This document shows positions 47,259 through 59,316 of a stretch of 64,000 bases of DNA, piece after piece (position 1 is the first letter of the stretch; each line of letters starts with the position of its first letter). The notes under the pieces are model-generated. The model was not told the DNA's origin. It was given only the letters and a program-made list of their open reading frames with translations, and did no database searches. The translations under genes and the position numbers were made by a program. The stretch covers positions 930,001 through 994,000 of the forward strand of contig CATNEN010000039.1 of assembly GCA_950097015.1 (NCBI GenBank), read 5' to 3'. This DNA is from Macrostomum hystrix (taxonomy: Eukaryota > Animalia > Platyhelminthes).

Positions 47259-47681
47259 TGACCTCAGCTGTGCCGGTAGATTTCACTATAGTTTTGGTTT
47301 CGGTTGATTGAGTTAGGGGCGAGTTTGAGCACAGTGAGCGCGCAATTCTGCATTCAGCAGCGGAATCATCGACTTTGCGTATTTGCGTGTTAATCGAGTT
47401 ATGTAAACAAAAAAACCTTTGCGCGGAAAGCTGGACTGCTAGGTCATTGTGCGTGAGAACTGAAGGCTTAAATAATCAGAATGGTATAAATCGAAGTATA
47501 GCCTGACAAAAGCTATAATGTTGTAGTGAGTAGCACAGCATGAGTTGTGCTAGCAGTCTCATTAAACAAGTCAGTTTATTACGACTTGAGGGGAAACACA
47601 TGAGCTTCTAACAAAATATTGACACGTTCTCTGCGAGCTCAAATATCTCTTAGGTTGCGTATTCGGTGTGAGGTGACTAAA

Positions 47682-48138
47682 GTGATGAGAGGGAGTGGGG
47701 TGGCTGAAGTGATGAAAGGGAGTGGGGTGGTTGAAGTGATGAAAGGGAGTGGGGTGGCTGAAATGATGAAAGGGAGTGGGGTGGCTGAAATGATGAAAGG
47801 GAGTGGGGTGGCTGAAGTGATGAGAGGGAGTGGGGTGGCTGAAGTGATGAGAGGAAGTGGCGTGGCTGAAGTGATGAGAGGGAGTGGGGTGGTTGAAGTG
47901 ATGAGAGGGAGTGGGGTGGCTGAAGTGATGAGAGGGAGTGGGGTGGCTGAAGTGATGAGAGGGAGTGGGGTGGCTGAAGTGATGAAAGGGAGTGGGGTGG
48001 CTGAAGTGATGAGAGGGAGTGGGGTGGCTGAAGTGATGAAAGGGAGTGGGGTGGCTGAAGTGATGAGAGGGAGTGGGGTGGCTGAAGTGATGAAAGGGAG
48101 TGGGGTGGCTGAAGTGATGAGAGAGCGGAGTGGCTGAA
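47682..48138. repeat. 27-bp G-rich minisatellite, ~17 copies
   Basis: (gtgatgaragggagtggggtggctgaa)n. Confidence 0.97.
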
Positions 48139-48679
48139 CTGACCCGGGAGTGACGCGGGAGTTAAACAGCAATGGTTGTTAAACAGATACAGTTACTATG
48201 GTTAATTAGCGAAATTAAAAATGGCGCAATACAAAATGATGCATTCAAAACAGCTTTAAAAAATCTGTTTGCCAGGCAGAATGGCTTAATTGCTATCTCA
48301 AATAATCAAGTAAAGCTGCAGATCGGCATCCCACACGCTTGGCCTTGCAAAACTCACTACAATTAATTGCCTTCTGTGAATATGGTTGTCTGGAACAGCC
48401 TGTCTGGCAGCCGCAAGAGTTTTGTGAATTCCGGCCGTCAGTTAAATTTACTGACAGCATTTTGGCAGTCCTCGTGATTTCTGTTGCTGACAGTCGGTTC
48501 GAATTCCCAGAGCTTAATAAATTATCATGCATGCGCTAGAGAGAAAAAGACGAGCATAAAAAATATAAAATATCCAGGAGCAGAAATGAACCTAACAAGG
48601 CTCGAAAATGTCCTAAAACTAGCGAAATGGTCAAGCAAGCGAGTTTCAAAGAAACGCAACCCGCTGGCTGCTAGGGGCG

Positions 48680-51600
48680 CTAACTGGCTGGAACCTGGCT
48701 GTAGATGCCGGTCATGACACCGACGCTGACGGACAAGAAGATCCAGAACAGCAAGCGGTCGACCAGCCGGGCCAGGGTCACCCAGGCCTCAGGACCGCTG
48801 CACACGCAGGTCAGCTGACTGAAGCCGTCAGGGGCTGCCGCACCTACATCGTCGGCATACCGCAGTCGCCGACTGCCAGCTAGTGTTGGCTGCTGACAGC
48901 GCCGGACGCGCTGTGGCGAAGCGTCGTAATCCAATAGCGACAGGTGGCTCGGCAGGCGAGTCAGCGGTTGCTGCTGCCGCGGGTCTCGACGGCCGTTGCA
49001 TTGCGCCGCATCGCCGACGCCGTTGTCGCCGGCCGGTGCTTCCTCGGACCCTCCGTGCTGGGGCAAGCCGAGACCCAGCAGTCGCCTGACGTTACCACCG
49101 CCGGGAGCTCCAAGCTGACGCCGCTCACGTCGCCGACGGAGCTGCCGGCAGGCCTCGCAGTGCCAGCGTCGCAGGAAGGCACGGATCAGCCGTGGTGGCA
49201 ACTGGCTTGGCGAGCAGGTGAACTTGCGCACGTGAATGTTGGTTACGATCACGCCCATTACCAGGGCCAACGACACCATCACCATGGTGACGCCGAACAG
49301 GACCCCTTTGGGGTAAGAAAGTCAGCAGAGGCAGGTAAAGTAGTTAAATCAGTTTAAGAGGTCGTCAAGATAAGAGCGCAAATTATAGAGACGACTCGAG
49401 CTACATCGAATAATAGTTGGGGGCCGTCGGCGCGAAATCACTATGCGAGGATTTTTGCATTTTCATATCACTGACCTCTCAGCACACGTTGCGCAGGCAC
49501 AAACTCACACAAATTTCTGCTATTAATATCACGGCCGTTGCTTTCTACATCGTCAGGCAGTGTACACCTCGGATATTGGTGAAGATTACCTAGCCTTCTA
49601 TCCACTACTGCGCCACCGATTTATGCACACCTCTGTGCTGATTAGGAGCTCAGGAACTCGCCGCTCCGCGACTCACACCTCGATGGTACGTTAAAAAATA
49701 TCATGATTTCTTTGAATTCCTTCGTTTCCAGTAATCCTGAGTAGGGGTCCCTTGGTTCAGAAATCAGCCTTTGAAAGAGCATAACTAAAAGTGCGCGCCT
49801 TCTGTCGCTTCAAAACTAATCCCCCGCCCACGAAGCGATGCTAGGCTGTGTCCGCAGAGTTGTCCCCTCTACGAAGTCCAACTAAAAGTGATTTTCCCGA
49901 GAGCCGCTTGTGGCCTGACAGCTGTCACATCGGGTGGCGCTGCTGCGCTGGGTGACTCGTCTTCCCACGGGAGAAATCTTGACTCTGGATTTGCGTTGCA
50001 GGGAAAGACCAAGATTTCAGTTGCGAATTTCTCGTCATTAACGCGGCACCATTTGACCCAGGGCTTCAGCTTGACAACTTTGCTGCGGTCCGTGCGCGTC
50101 AGCTGAAGGGTTGCGCACTCGGCACCGCAGTTAATGAGATTGTTTTGAGTTTAGGCATTGGGCAACTATGCGAACTGCTGTTGAAGGATTTCATCAGGGA
50201 GAGGCTGGGGTTGCTGTCCACACTTTGCCAGCGCTTCGCTCGCTCGTGTTTAGCGACAGCTCGCGGCTCAGCTGGGCTGCTGAAGAGCTCCTCCTAGAGG
50301 AAGACGGCTCGGAATCTTGACCGGCGCACTTGAGCGGATTGGGATGAGCCGATCGGTGCGGCCCGTCTTCCGCCCCCACTTAGCTGGGCGGTCTGCGCGC
50401 CTGAGCGGGCCGCCGAGAGCCGGGGGCCAGTGAGGGACTGGTTTGCGGTTAATCGCTAATAAAAGCTGAGCGAATTCTTTAGCAAACAGAAACTGGCCCG
50501 CCGTCTGTCGGATTAAGCGGGCGAGTCAGACGAGGCAGCTAATGCTTTGAGTCTCTGCGCCTGGCTTCCTGCATTACTAATACCCACGTACTCGAGCCGT
50601 TCGCTAGCAAACAAAAGTGGAAACTTCTAAAACTGCAGCTCAGATTAGAGTCCGGTTGTAGACTTTGCTTGAGCACTGTGGATTAGCGAAAGCCACTTTG
50701 AAACATCCCCAGACTCGGCAGAGTGGCCCCAGACTCGCAGCGGGTGTACATTTTTTGCTCAGATGTCCCCGAGGTGCAGCTTAACCGAAGATTATTGTAC
50801 AAATTTGCATCCTTCAGCAGAATCGCTTTATCCGCCGGCATCCGCCCTCGAGGGCCAATCAGATAACTTTCTGCTTCCAACGCTAATTATGCGGCCACAA
50901 CTCACCAACAAGCGGAATCGCATCCGGAGTTGGGGGCAGAGTGTCGCCCACGATGAGCAGAAACACCACCAGAGCGAGGAGGATTGTCAGCTCCAGGTTG
51001 ACCTTCTCGCCGCTCTCGATCGGCAGGAAGAACCCCAAGAAGCTGGCCAAGTACATCAGCAGGCAGGGAAAGATCAGATTGAACACGTAGAACAGGGAGC
51101 GTCTCGTCATGTCCACGATGATGGTGACATCGGGCCAGGGCTCCGGGCAGCAGGCGTAGTAGCCAACGGCCCTCTTGAACGAGATGCCGGAGACGTTCCA
51201 CTCCTGGTTGTCCTCCACGTAGTAATTCTTGTTGGCATCCACAGAGTCGTCATGCCACACGTCCACCTCGTGCAGGTGGTAAGTCCAGCTGATGAAGGTG
51301 GTCATGCAGGTCTGACGGTCGAATGGAAAGTAGCGCACGTTGAGGGTGCAGGTGACTTTGATGACGGCGGGGAACATCCACAGCACGGAGCCATTGCTCC
51401 ACACAATCACGTTGGTTGTCATGAACTTCTTGCTGCTCTCGTCTGCGCTGTGATTATGGGGGATTGCTCATCAGCTGTGATAATGGGGGATTGCTCATCA
51501 GCTGTGATAATGGGGGATTGCTCATCAGCTGTGATAATAGGGGATTGCTCATCAGCTGTGATAATAGGGGATTGCTCATCAGCTGTGATAATGGGGGATT

Positions 51601-54600
51601 GCTCATCAGCTGTGATAATAGGGGATTGCTCATCAGCTGTGATAATAGGGGATTGCTCATCAGCTGTGATAATAGGGGATTGCTCATCAGCTGTGATAAT
51701 AGGGGATTGCTCATCAGCTGTGATAATAGGGGATTGCTCATTAGCTGTGATAATGGGGGATTGCTCATCAGCTGTGATAATGGGGGATTGCTCATCAGCT
51801 GTGATAATGGGGGATTGCTCATCAGCTGTGATAATGGGGGATTGCTCATCAGCTGTGATAATGGGGGATTACTCATCAGCTGTGATTATAGGGGATTGCT
51901 CATCAGCTGTGATAATGGGGGATTACTCATCAGCTGTGATTATAGGGGATTGCTCATCAGCTGTGATAATGGGGGATTACTCATCAGCTGTGATAATGGG
52001 GGATTGCTCATCAGCTGTGATAATAGGGGATTGCTCATCAGCTGTGATAATAGGGGATTGCTCATCAGCTGTGATTATGGGGGATTGCTCATCAGCTGTG
52101 ATTATAGGGGATTACTCATCAGCTGTGATAATGGGGGATTACTCATCAGCTGTGATTATGGGGGATTGCTCATCAGCTGTGATAATGGGGGATTACTCAT
52201 CAGCTGTGATAATGGGGGATTGCTCATCAGCTGTGATTATGGGGGATTGCTCATCAGCTGTGATTATGGGGGATTGCTCATCAGCTATGATAATGGGGGA
52301 TTACTCATCAGCTGTGATTATGGGGGATTGCTCATCAGCTGTGATAATGTGGGATTGCTCATCAGCTGTGATAATGGGGGATTACTCATCAGCTGTGATT
52401 ATAGGGGATTGCTCATCAGCTGTGATTATGGGGGATTGCTCATCAGCTGTGATTATGGGGGATTGCTCATCAGCTGTGATTATGGGGGATTGCTCATCAG
52501 CTGTGATTATGGGGGATTGCTCATCAGCTGTGATTATGGGGGATTGCTCATCAGCTATGATTTAACCGATATTTGATGTCAATGTACTGTAACGTAGGCC
52601 GTGAAAGACATCTCTATTAAATAGTGTTTGGAAGCAGCCAAGGCATTGCACCTAACCAATCAATCAATGCCTAAAACAATAGCAAGATCAGCAGATAAAA
52701 ATAAAGCCAGAAATATCCTAGTGAAGATGTGTATGCAAGGTCAGCAGAAGCGCTGGAAAGTCGGACCAACTGCGCAAATTTAGCAGGGCTTCCCTGCAGC
52801 ACTGCACTGAGCTCAGGCAAATCAACTCTAATGCGGCAAGGCGGGGGCGGATGCGGTTCTGTACTAGTGTCCGGATGGGATGGCCAGCCACGCAGTCCGC
52901 TAGCACCATGATGGGGCGCATTCCATTCCAGCTGCCTCAGTTAGGCCTCTCTAACTTACTGCGGGCACTGAGCAGCAGGTGAACAAGCATTGAGGGATCA
53001 CTGTCCCGCATGGCTACAAACAGGCCATAAAGCTAAGGGACCGACTTCCCAACCACCTGAGGAGCAAAGATGCATGATGCTGCTGACGGAGGCTTATAAT
53101 CAATCTGCAGGTGGGCTATGAATTGTATGTTGAGGAGCAAAATTCCGACTGTGTCGCCCGCCTCTCCGTTGCCGCAGTTCCGGTGCCGTATGGAGCTGCC
53201 GCGGTTCAGCCCGCTGCAATCCATCACCGGCCCGGCCTGTTCTCCCTTTCCCCTCGCCCGTGCTGGGTTTCGGCGGAAGGGCTGATTTAATTGTATGCCG
53301 TGCAGGCAGCGGTTCTGCCCCCGCTCCGTGCCCCCCCCCGAACTGAACGCCAAATATGAGGTTATAGGAACTATTTTCTCTTATTTGATGCGATGACTCT
53401 GTTTGCGCATGTATTGAAGAGCTGTTGGTGTGCCTTGACAGGTTCGATGAAAAACCCTAGGACTCAGCGAAATTTGAAACTTAGCTGAAGCTTCTGAACA
53501 CTGCCCTGAGCTGAGCTTCTTCGCACAAGGGAGGCTGTTTTTCTACCGTTATTACTTTCTCGGCCTCTAAAGCTAAAGCACTTCTAAAGTTTCCAAGTCT
53601 CTTGAAACAAACAAATGCGGCTTATTTGCAAGGAAAAGCTGGGCAACCTTTTAAGACAGCGGGACGGGGAAGGTCAAGCATCCGGTGTGTACTCTGAGCT
53701 CTTGCTTTGAGGTCCTTGTAAGATCTAGCTACTCCGTGTTGAGCTCAGTTACTCAGGCAATGCTGGATCTGTAGCTAGATTTCTGAGCTCAGTTACTCAG
53801 GCAATGCTGGATCTGTAGCTAGATTTCTGAGTTCAGTTACTCAGGCAATGCTAAATCTGTAGCTAGATTTCTGAGCTCAGTTACTCAAGCGATGCTGGAT
53901 CTGTAGCTAGATTTCTGAAGTCAGTTACTCAGGCGATGCTGGATCTGTAGCTAGATTTCTGAGCTCAGTTACTCAGGCGATGCTGGATCTGTAGCTAGAT
54001 TTCTGAGCTCAGTTACTCAGGCAATGCTGGATCTGTAGCTAGATTTCTGAGCTCAGTTACTCAGGCGATGCTGGATCTGTAGCTAGATTTCTGAGCTCAG
54101 TTACTCAGGCAATGCTGGAGCTGTAGCTAGATTTCTGAGCTCAGTTACTCAGGCGATGCTTGATCTGTAGCTAGATTTCTGAAGTCAGTTACTCAGGCGA
54201 TGCTGGAGCTTTAGCTAGATTTCTGAGCTCAGTTACTCAGGCGATGCTGGATCTGTAGCTAGATTTCTGAGCTCAGTTACTCAAGCGATGCTGGATCTGT
54301 AGCTAGATTTCTGAGCTCAGTTACTCAGGCGATGCTGGATCTGTAGCTAGATTTCTGAGCTCAGTTACTCAAGCGATGCTGGATCTGTAGCTAGATTTCT
54401 GAGCTCAGTTACTCAGGCAATGCTGGAGCTGTAGCTAGATTTCTGAGCTCAGTTACTCAGGCGATGCTGGATCTGTAGCTAGATTTCTGAGTTCAGTTAC
54501 TCAGGCAATGCTGGAGCTGTAGCTAGATTTCTGAGCTCAGTTACTCAGGCGATGCTGGAGCTATAGCTAGATTTCTGAGCTCAGTTACTCAGGCAATGCT

Positions 54601-57600
54601 GGATCTGTAGCTAGATTTCTGAGTTCAGTTACTCAAGCGATGCTGGATCTGTAGCTAGATTTCTGAGCTCAGTTACTCAAGCGATGCTGGATCTGTAGCT
54701 AGATTTCTGAGCTCAGTTACTCAGGCGATGCTGGAGCTGTAGCTAGATTTCTGAGCTCAGTTACTCAGGCTTTGCTGGATCTGTAGCTAGATTTCTGAGC
54801 TCAGTTACTCAGGCTTTGCTGGATCTGTAGCTAGATTTCTGAACTCAGTTACTCAGGCGATGCTGGAGCTGTAGCTAGATTTCTGAGCTCAGTTACTCAG
54901 GCGATGCTGGATCTGTAGCTAGATTTCTGAGCTCAGTTACTCAGGCGATGCTGGAGCTGTAGCTAGATTTCTGAGCTCAGTTACTCAGGCGATGCTGGAG
55001 CTGTAGCTAGATTTCTGAGCTCAAAGTTTTTGAGCTTCTACCTAGATATTTTGCTATTCTATTCTCTCAAGATAGTTGTTAGAAACGGCAGTTTAGGGGA
55101 AGATGACAGGTAAGCTCTCAGGGAAGCCATGCACTCACACCTGGCATGCAGTTACTCGAACAATAGTCTAAGCAAGCGCAGTTGCATTGATCGTGTGACA
55201 ATCGGCTCACCTGTTTGAGTGAGAGTGGCTGAAATATCGGATGGGGAAAGTCCTGCATTCGCAAGCTTATTTAGTCTGCTGCTCCATAAGTTGCTGATTG
55301 ATCACAGATCACTGAGCACAGAACTGCCTCAACTTGAGCACCCAGGTGCAAATCAGCACTGACCTTCTTCTTCAAGACAAAACTTATGCTTGCTGCTCAG
55401 TCTCGACGCAGGATTGGACCTTGTTACCAGCACTTTCACCAGGGGTCGGCAAACTTATTAGCGTGCGGGACTAAAAGACTACAGCGGGCCGCATTGACGG
55501 AAGAAATATGAGAATAAGAGAGATAAGGAGAGAGATAAGACAGGGGAAGATGAGACTCGGGAGAGATAAGGCTCTTCATCTCCAGATGACAGAAACATGA
55601 GACAGGGGAAAGATGAGACAGGATACTGTAGGTGTTGGAAGGGGCAACGGGCCGGATTTGGAAGCTCTGAGGGCCGCATCTGGCCCGCGGGCCGGAGCTT
55701 GCCGACCCCTGACTTTCACTGTCACTCAGCCAAAGCTTAGCATGCATTGGCATGAGCAGCTGCTCAGACACCACTTTGAGATCCGGCCCTGCTTACCTGT
55801 TAGATATGACAATATCCGGAGTCCAGATAGCACTCGAGGGAATATGCAAATTTGACGTGCCATTGTAGTCACTGGGATCCCAGACTAAGTATTCGTCAGT
55901 CCAGCGCTGTAATGCAAAGTTATGTGAAATTTTCTGACTGCAACCACAAACTCCTGATAAACTACCCATACCCATCATCTTGAGATGAGGCGAATGACTC
56001 ATAACTGCTCATAACTGATTTGCGCTGCAGGCGACCGCAGTAGTGAGCAAGAACTCATTGCGATCATTGAAGCTTAATTCTGCCTCCTGAGCAGCCCACT
56101 CCCACCTGAGCAGCCACTCCCCACCTGAGCAGCCCACTCCCCGCCTGAGCAGCCCACTCCCCGCCTGAGCAGCCACTCCCCGCCTGAGCAGCCACTCCCC
56201 GCCTGAGCAGCCCACTCCCGCCTGAGCAGCCACTCCCCGCCTGAGCAGCCACTGCCCGCCTGAGCAGCCACTCCCCACCTGAGCAGCCACTCCCCACCTG
56301 AGCAGCCACTCCCCGCCTGAGCAGCCACTGCCCGCCTGAGCAGCCACTCCCCGCCTGAGCAGCCACTCCCCGCCTGAGCAGCCACTGCCCGCCTGAGCAG
56401 CCACTCCCCCCCTGAGCAGCCACTCCCCACCTGAGCAGCCACTGCCCGCCTGAGCAGCCACTCCCCACCTGAGCAGCCACTCCCCACCTGAGCAGCCACT
56501 GCCCGCCTGAGCAGCCACTCCCCGCCTGAGCAGCCACTCCCCGCCTGAGCAGCCACTGCCCGCCTGAGCAGCCACTCCCCGCCTGAGCAGCCCACCCCCA
56601 CTTTCTTGAACCGAGTATTTAAATGTGGAATTCAAAAGCTACTGAAGGGAAGCCCAGCTTATTTCAAAGATCATTTGTCGAACTGCTTCTGACGAGCTAT
56701 CTTACTTTTTTGCCTTGGTCAACATTATCAGTGGCTTGGGCTTTTGAAATGGCCGTATTTTCGATTGACTAACAAGTACAGGCGACACATTGACAACATT
56801 GTCATTACCTGATTTGCAGCCCTATTTCTTTTATTTCTTTATAAAAATTCCACTTTTCCCTTTCCCGTACTTCATAATGTACTTTTAACATTTTATTTCT
56901 AGGATTTAGATTCGCTTCAGTCCTCACAAAGTGTCTCACAAACTTCATTTCGCTCGAGCTTATTGTGCAATAGGCCACTGCTCATGCTCACTCACCAATC
57001 GGATTGACATCAGTGCCGAGAAGGTCTGGTGCTTCTCATCCTGGCGGTTAGTGGGGCGGAAATTCATTATAGCTGAGCTGCTGGCCGGTTGAAATCGGGA
57101 AATTTACGAGAAATCCGCAATGGCCTGCTTGCAAGGAAAATTGTTCTGATTGCTATGAAAACTCAAGACGAAATCGCGACCAGCTAACTACATGGCTTAA
57201 AGTACTGCTTGCGGATTCCATGCTTTATGCTTCCTGGAAGCACACCTCAAAGGCGCCAAGAGGGTCAGTTTTCTTACTTTCAGTGAAAATTTCCTGGAAG
57301 CTGAGTAGCAGAATTCTCACCGTGTCGAGGATGTGAAACAGAGCCACAGCTATGTGAACCCGGATCTGCGTGGAGTCTTCCAGCACCGGCCTGGACGTCC
57401 TGTCATAGCCGCAAAGCAGGGCCTCCTTAATGCGCTGCTCATTTGAGCAGGTGCGGCGGAGGCAGTGGTCCAGGCACTGGTTGGACATACCCTTGCCAGG
57501 GTCAGTCCGGCCCCCAATGTTGTAGCTGCTGTCCGAACCGCGGCCGGATGCTGCCGTGCCCAGGTTGTTCACCTTGGAGGACGCAGCGACGCTCGTGTCG

Positions 57601-57659
57601 CGTGTCGCCACAGAGAGCAGCAGCAGCAGCAGCAGCAGTTTCGGCCGCAAAGCCGTCAT
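48680..57659 (-). CDS. Nicotinic acetylcholine receptor alpha-type subunit (alpha9/10-like, divergent), ~553 aa; exons 57659-57321, 57040-56996, 55906-55797, 51447-50906, 49305-48680
   Basis: Signal peptide, YD...RPV, WTDEYLVWDP, WTPDI, Cys-loop CTLNVRYFPFDRQTC, loop C YYACCPEP, M1-M4 with ESGEKV, and LARLVDRLLFWIF. Splice phases are consistent (1662 nt). Confidence 0.93.
51448..52554. repeat. 27-bp minisatellite, 41 copies, overlapping the nAChR exon-4 splice acceptor
   Basis: (ctgtgatwatrggggattrctcatcag)41; the last unit supplies the acceptor CACAG. Confidence 0.97.
53741..55023. repeat. 44-bp intronic minisatellite, ~29 copies
   Basis: (gagctcagttactcaggcgatgctggatctgtagctagatttct)n. 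Confidence 0.97.
55440..55711. mobile_element. hAT (Charlie-like) MITE in the nAChR intron
   Basis: TIRs CAGGGGTCGGCAA / TTGCCGACCCCTG and exact 8-bp TSD actttcac (55432-55439 and 55712-55719). Confidence 0.93.
56086..56600. repeat. 18-20-bp C-rich minisatellite
   Basis: (cctgagcagccactccccg)n with variants. Confidence 0.96.
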
Positions 57660-59316
57660 GGATGTGTAAATCGTCCAGCGAACTTGTCAGTCTCTGCAAC
57701 CTCGCCAGGTTAGCCCAAAACGATAGCTGCGGCTGCTGCATTCTCAGCCAGGCCTCAGCGACTGAAATGCCAGTCTTCAGTCCCCAATTAGAGCTGCTCC
57801 CGGCCGTGCATGCGGCCAGCCAATGGGATCGCGGCTGCCCGTGGCGTCAGGGCGGCCAGTCCGCTGTCTGCATTCGCAGCGGAAGAGCTTCGCGGTTAAC
57901 CGCCAGCCAAGTTTTATTGCTCGCTGGCGATTAAATTACCTAGAAACTTTTTACCCCACTGGCAATGCCATTGCAGAGTTGGATGCTGTAAAGTGCACTT
58001 CAAAGTATTATCACCCGTGTTTTATTGAATCGCTCCAATCAAATAAAAAACAGTCCTTGCAGTGTACTTTAAATATTCTCGCGAATTTCCAAGGAATTCA
58101 TTCAGTGTAAGGTATTGCGCAATGTTGGACAACGAAAGCGATTGCCCCGCAATCTGCGAGCTGTAGAATAAGCGAGAAAAGAATTTGTGAAGGCGTTTTT
58201 ACTGCGAGCATTTTCCTTGCTAATAACTCGTTATCAGACCGTAACACAAACTAATCTTAAGACTGCGCGACTAATAAAAGTAGCTCGACTATACTACTGA
58301 TGGAACAGTAGAATGTACGCTGGCCATCTTTAATGCGAATATTCACTCGCTGCAATGCGATTTTAGGTGGCTCATTGTACGGCTTTCAGAGAGGGATCGC
58401 AGATATTAATAGATCATCGTTTGGCGACCATGCCCAGGTTCTTCATTACATGCTAGACTTGCTCCCAAGGTCGACGCATGATCGTGAGTTGAAGTTTCAA
58501 ATCGGAGAGTTTCTGATAGCTGTAACAGCTGCATGCTATCAGTGCACAGAAATATATACTAACATTTCTGTCGCTTCTCAGAAGCTAGCTGGAGACTTAC
58601 TCAAGAAGACATCACTCAACGACAATGGCGATGCTCTATGACCCGATGTACTCGTCTAGATTTGCTCAAACTCTGCCGCTCTCAAACTCTCAAACTCTCA
58701 AACTCAAACCATGCTCTTTTTTAAACATTTTTAAACATTTTACTCCTCGTAAAAGGACAATTGCAAGCGCGTATTTTCAAACTATTATTTAATAAAGAGG
58801 CTTCTGGGTAATGCAGAAAACAGCTAGGAGGCCTGCGGGACAAGGCCGGTAAGTTAGCGTGGAGCACACGGTACAGCAGTTTGCTCAGCTTTGAACGAAT
58901 CGCAGTCAAGCGGAACAAAAAGCATTCAACTCGAATTAATCTCCTTTCAAAGCAGGGCAGTCTGACATTAAAGCAGATGAAGGAGTGCTCGGTGTGATAG
59001 CTTTGGAGGAAGAATAGTAATATTGTACAGGAAAGTATTCGCGACATAATTTTAGTAGCAAATATTGCACATGATAATCTTCAGCATTGTGAGTAGCGAA
59101 ACGTCTTGTCAGTGAAGTCCGATACTATCAGTAGAATACAAGTAACGTAATCGTAAGATAACATGTACGGTCTAACAAAACTGTCAGACCACAAAGACAC
59201 CCTAAATAGCAAAAGCTCCCTTTACGCTATTGACCACACTGACAACATTGATTACTTTTTCACCAAATGAAGTCCAGTCACAAGAACTACATTGCAACAG
59301 CGAGGAACTTCGCTTC

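Noticed and set aside
46769-48172. ORFs with FHSIP and GSGVAEVMR repeats
   Set aside because: Translations of satellite/minisatellite DNA.
50763-52576. 600-aa and 370-aa plus-strand ORFs
   Set aside because: Antisense of nAChR exon 4 fused to the 27-bp array.
56009-56635. Gly/Trp-rich ORFs
   Set aside because: Translations of the intronic 18-20-bp minisatellite.
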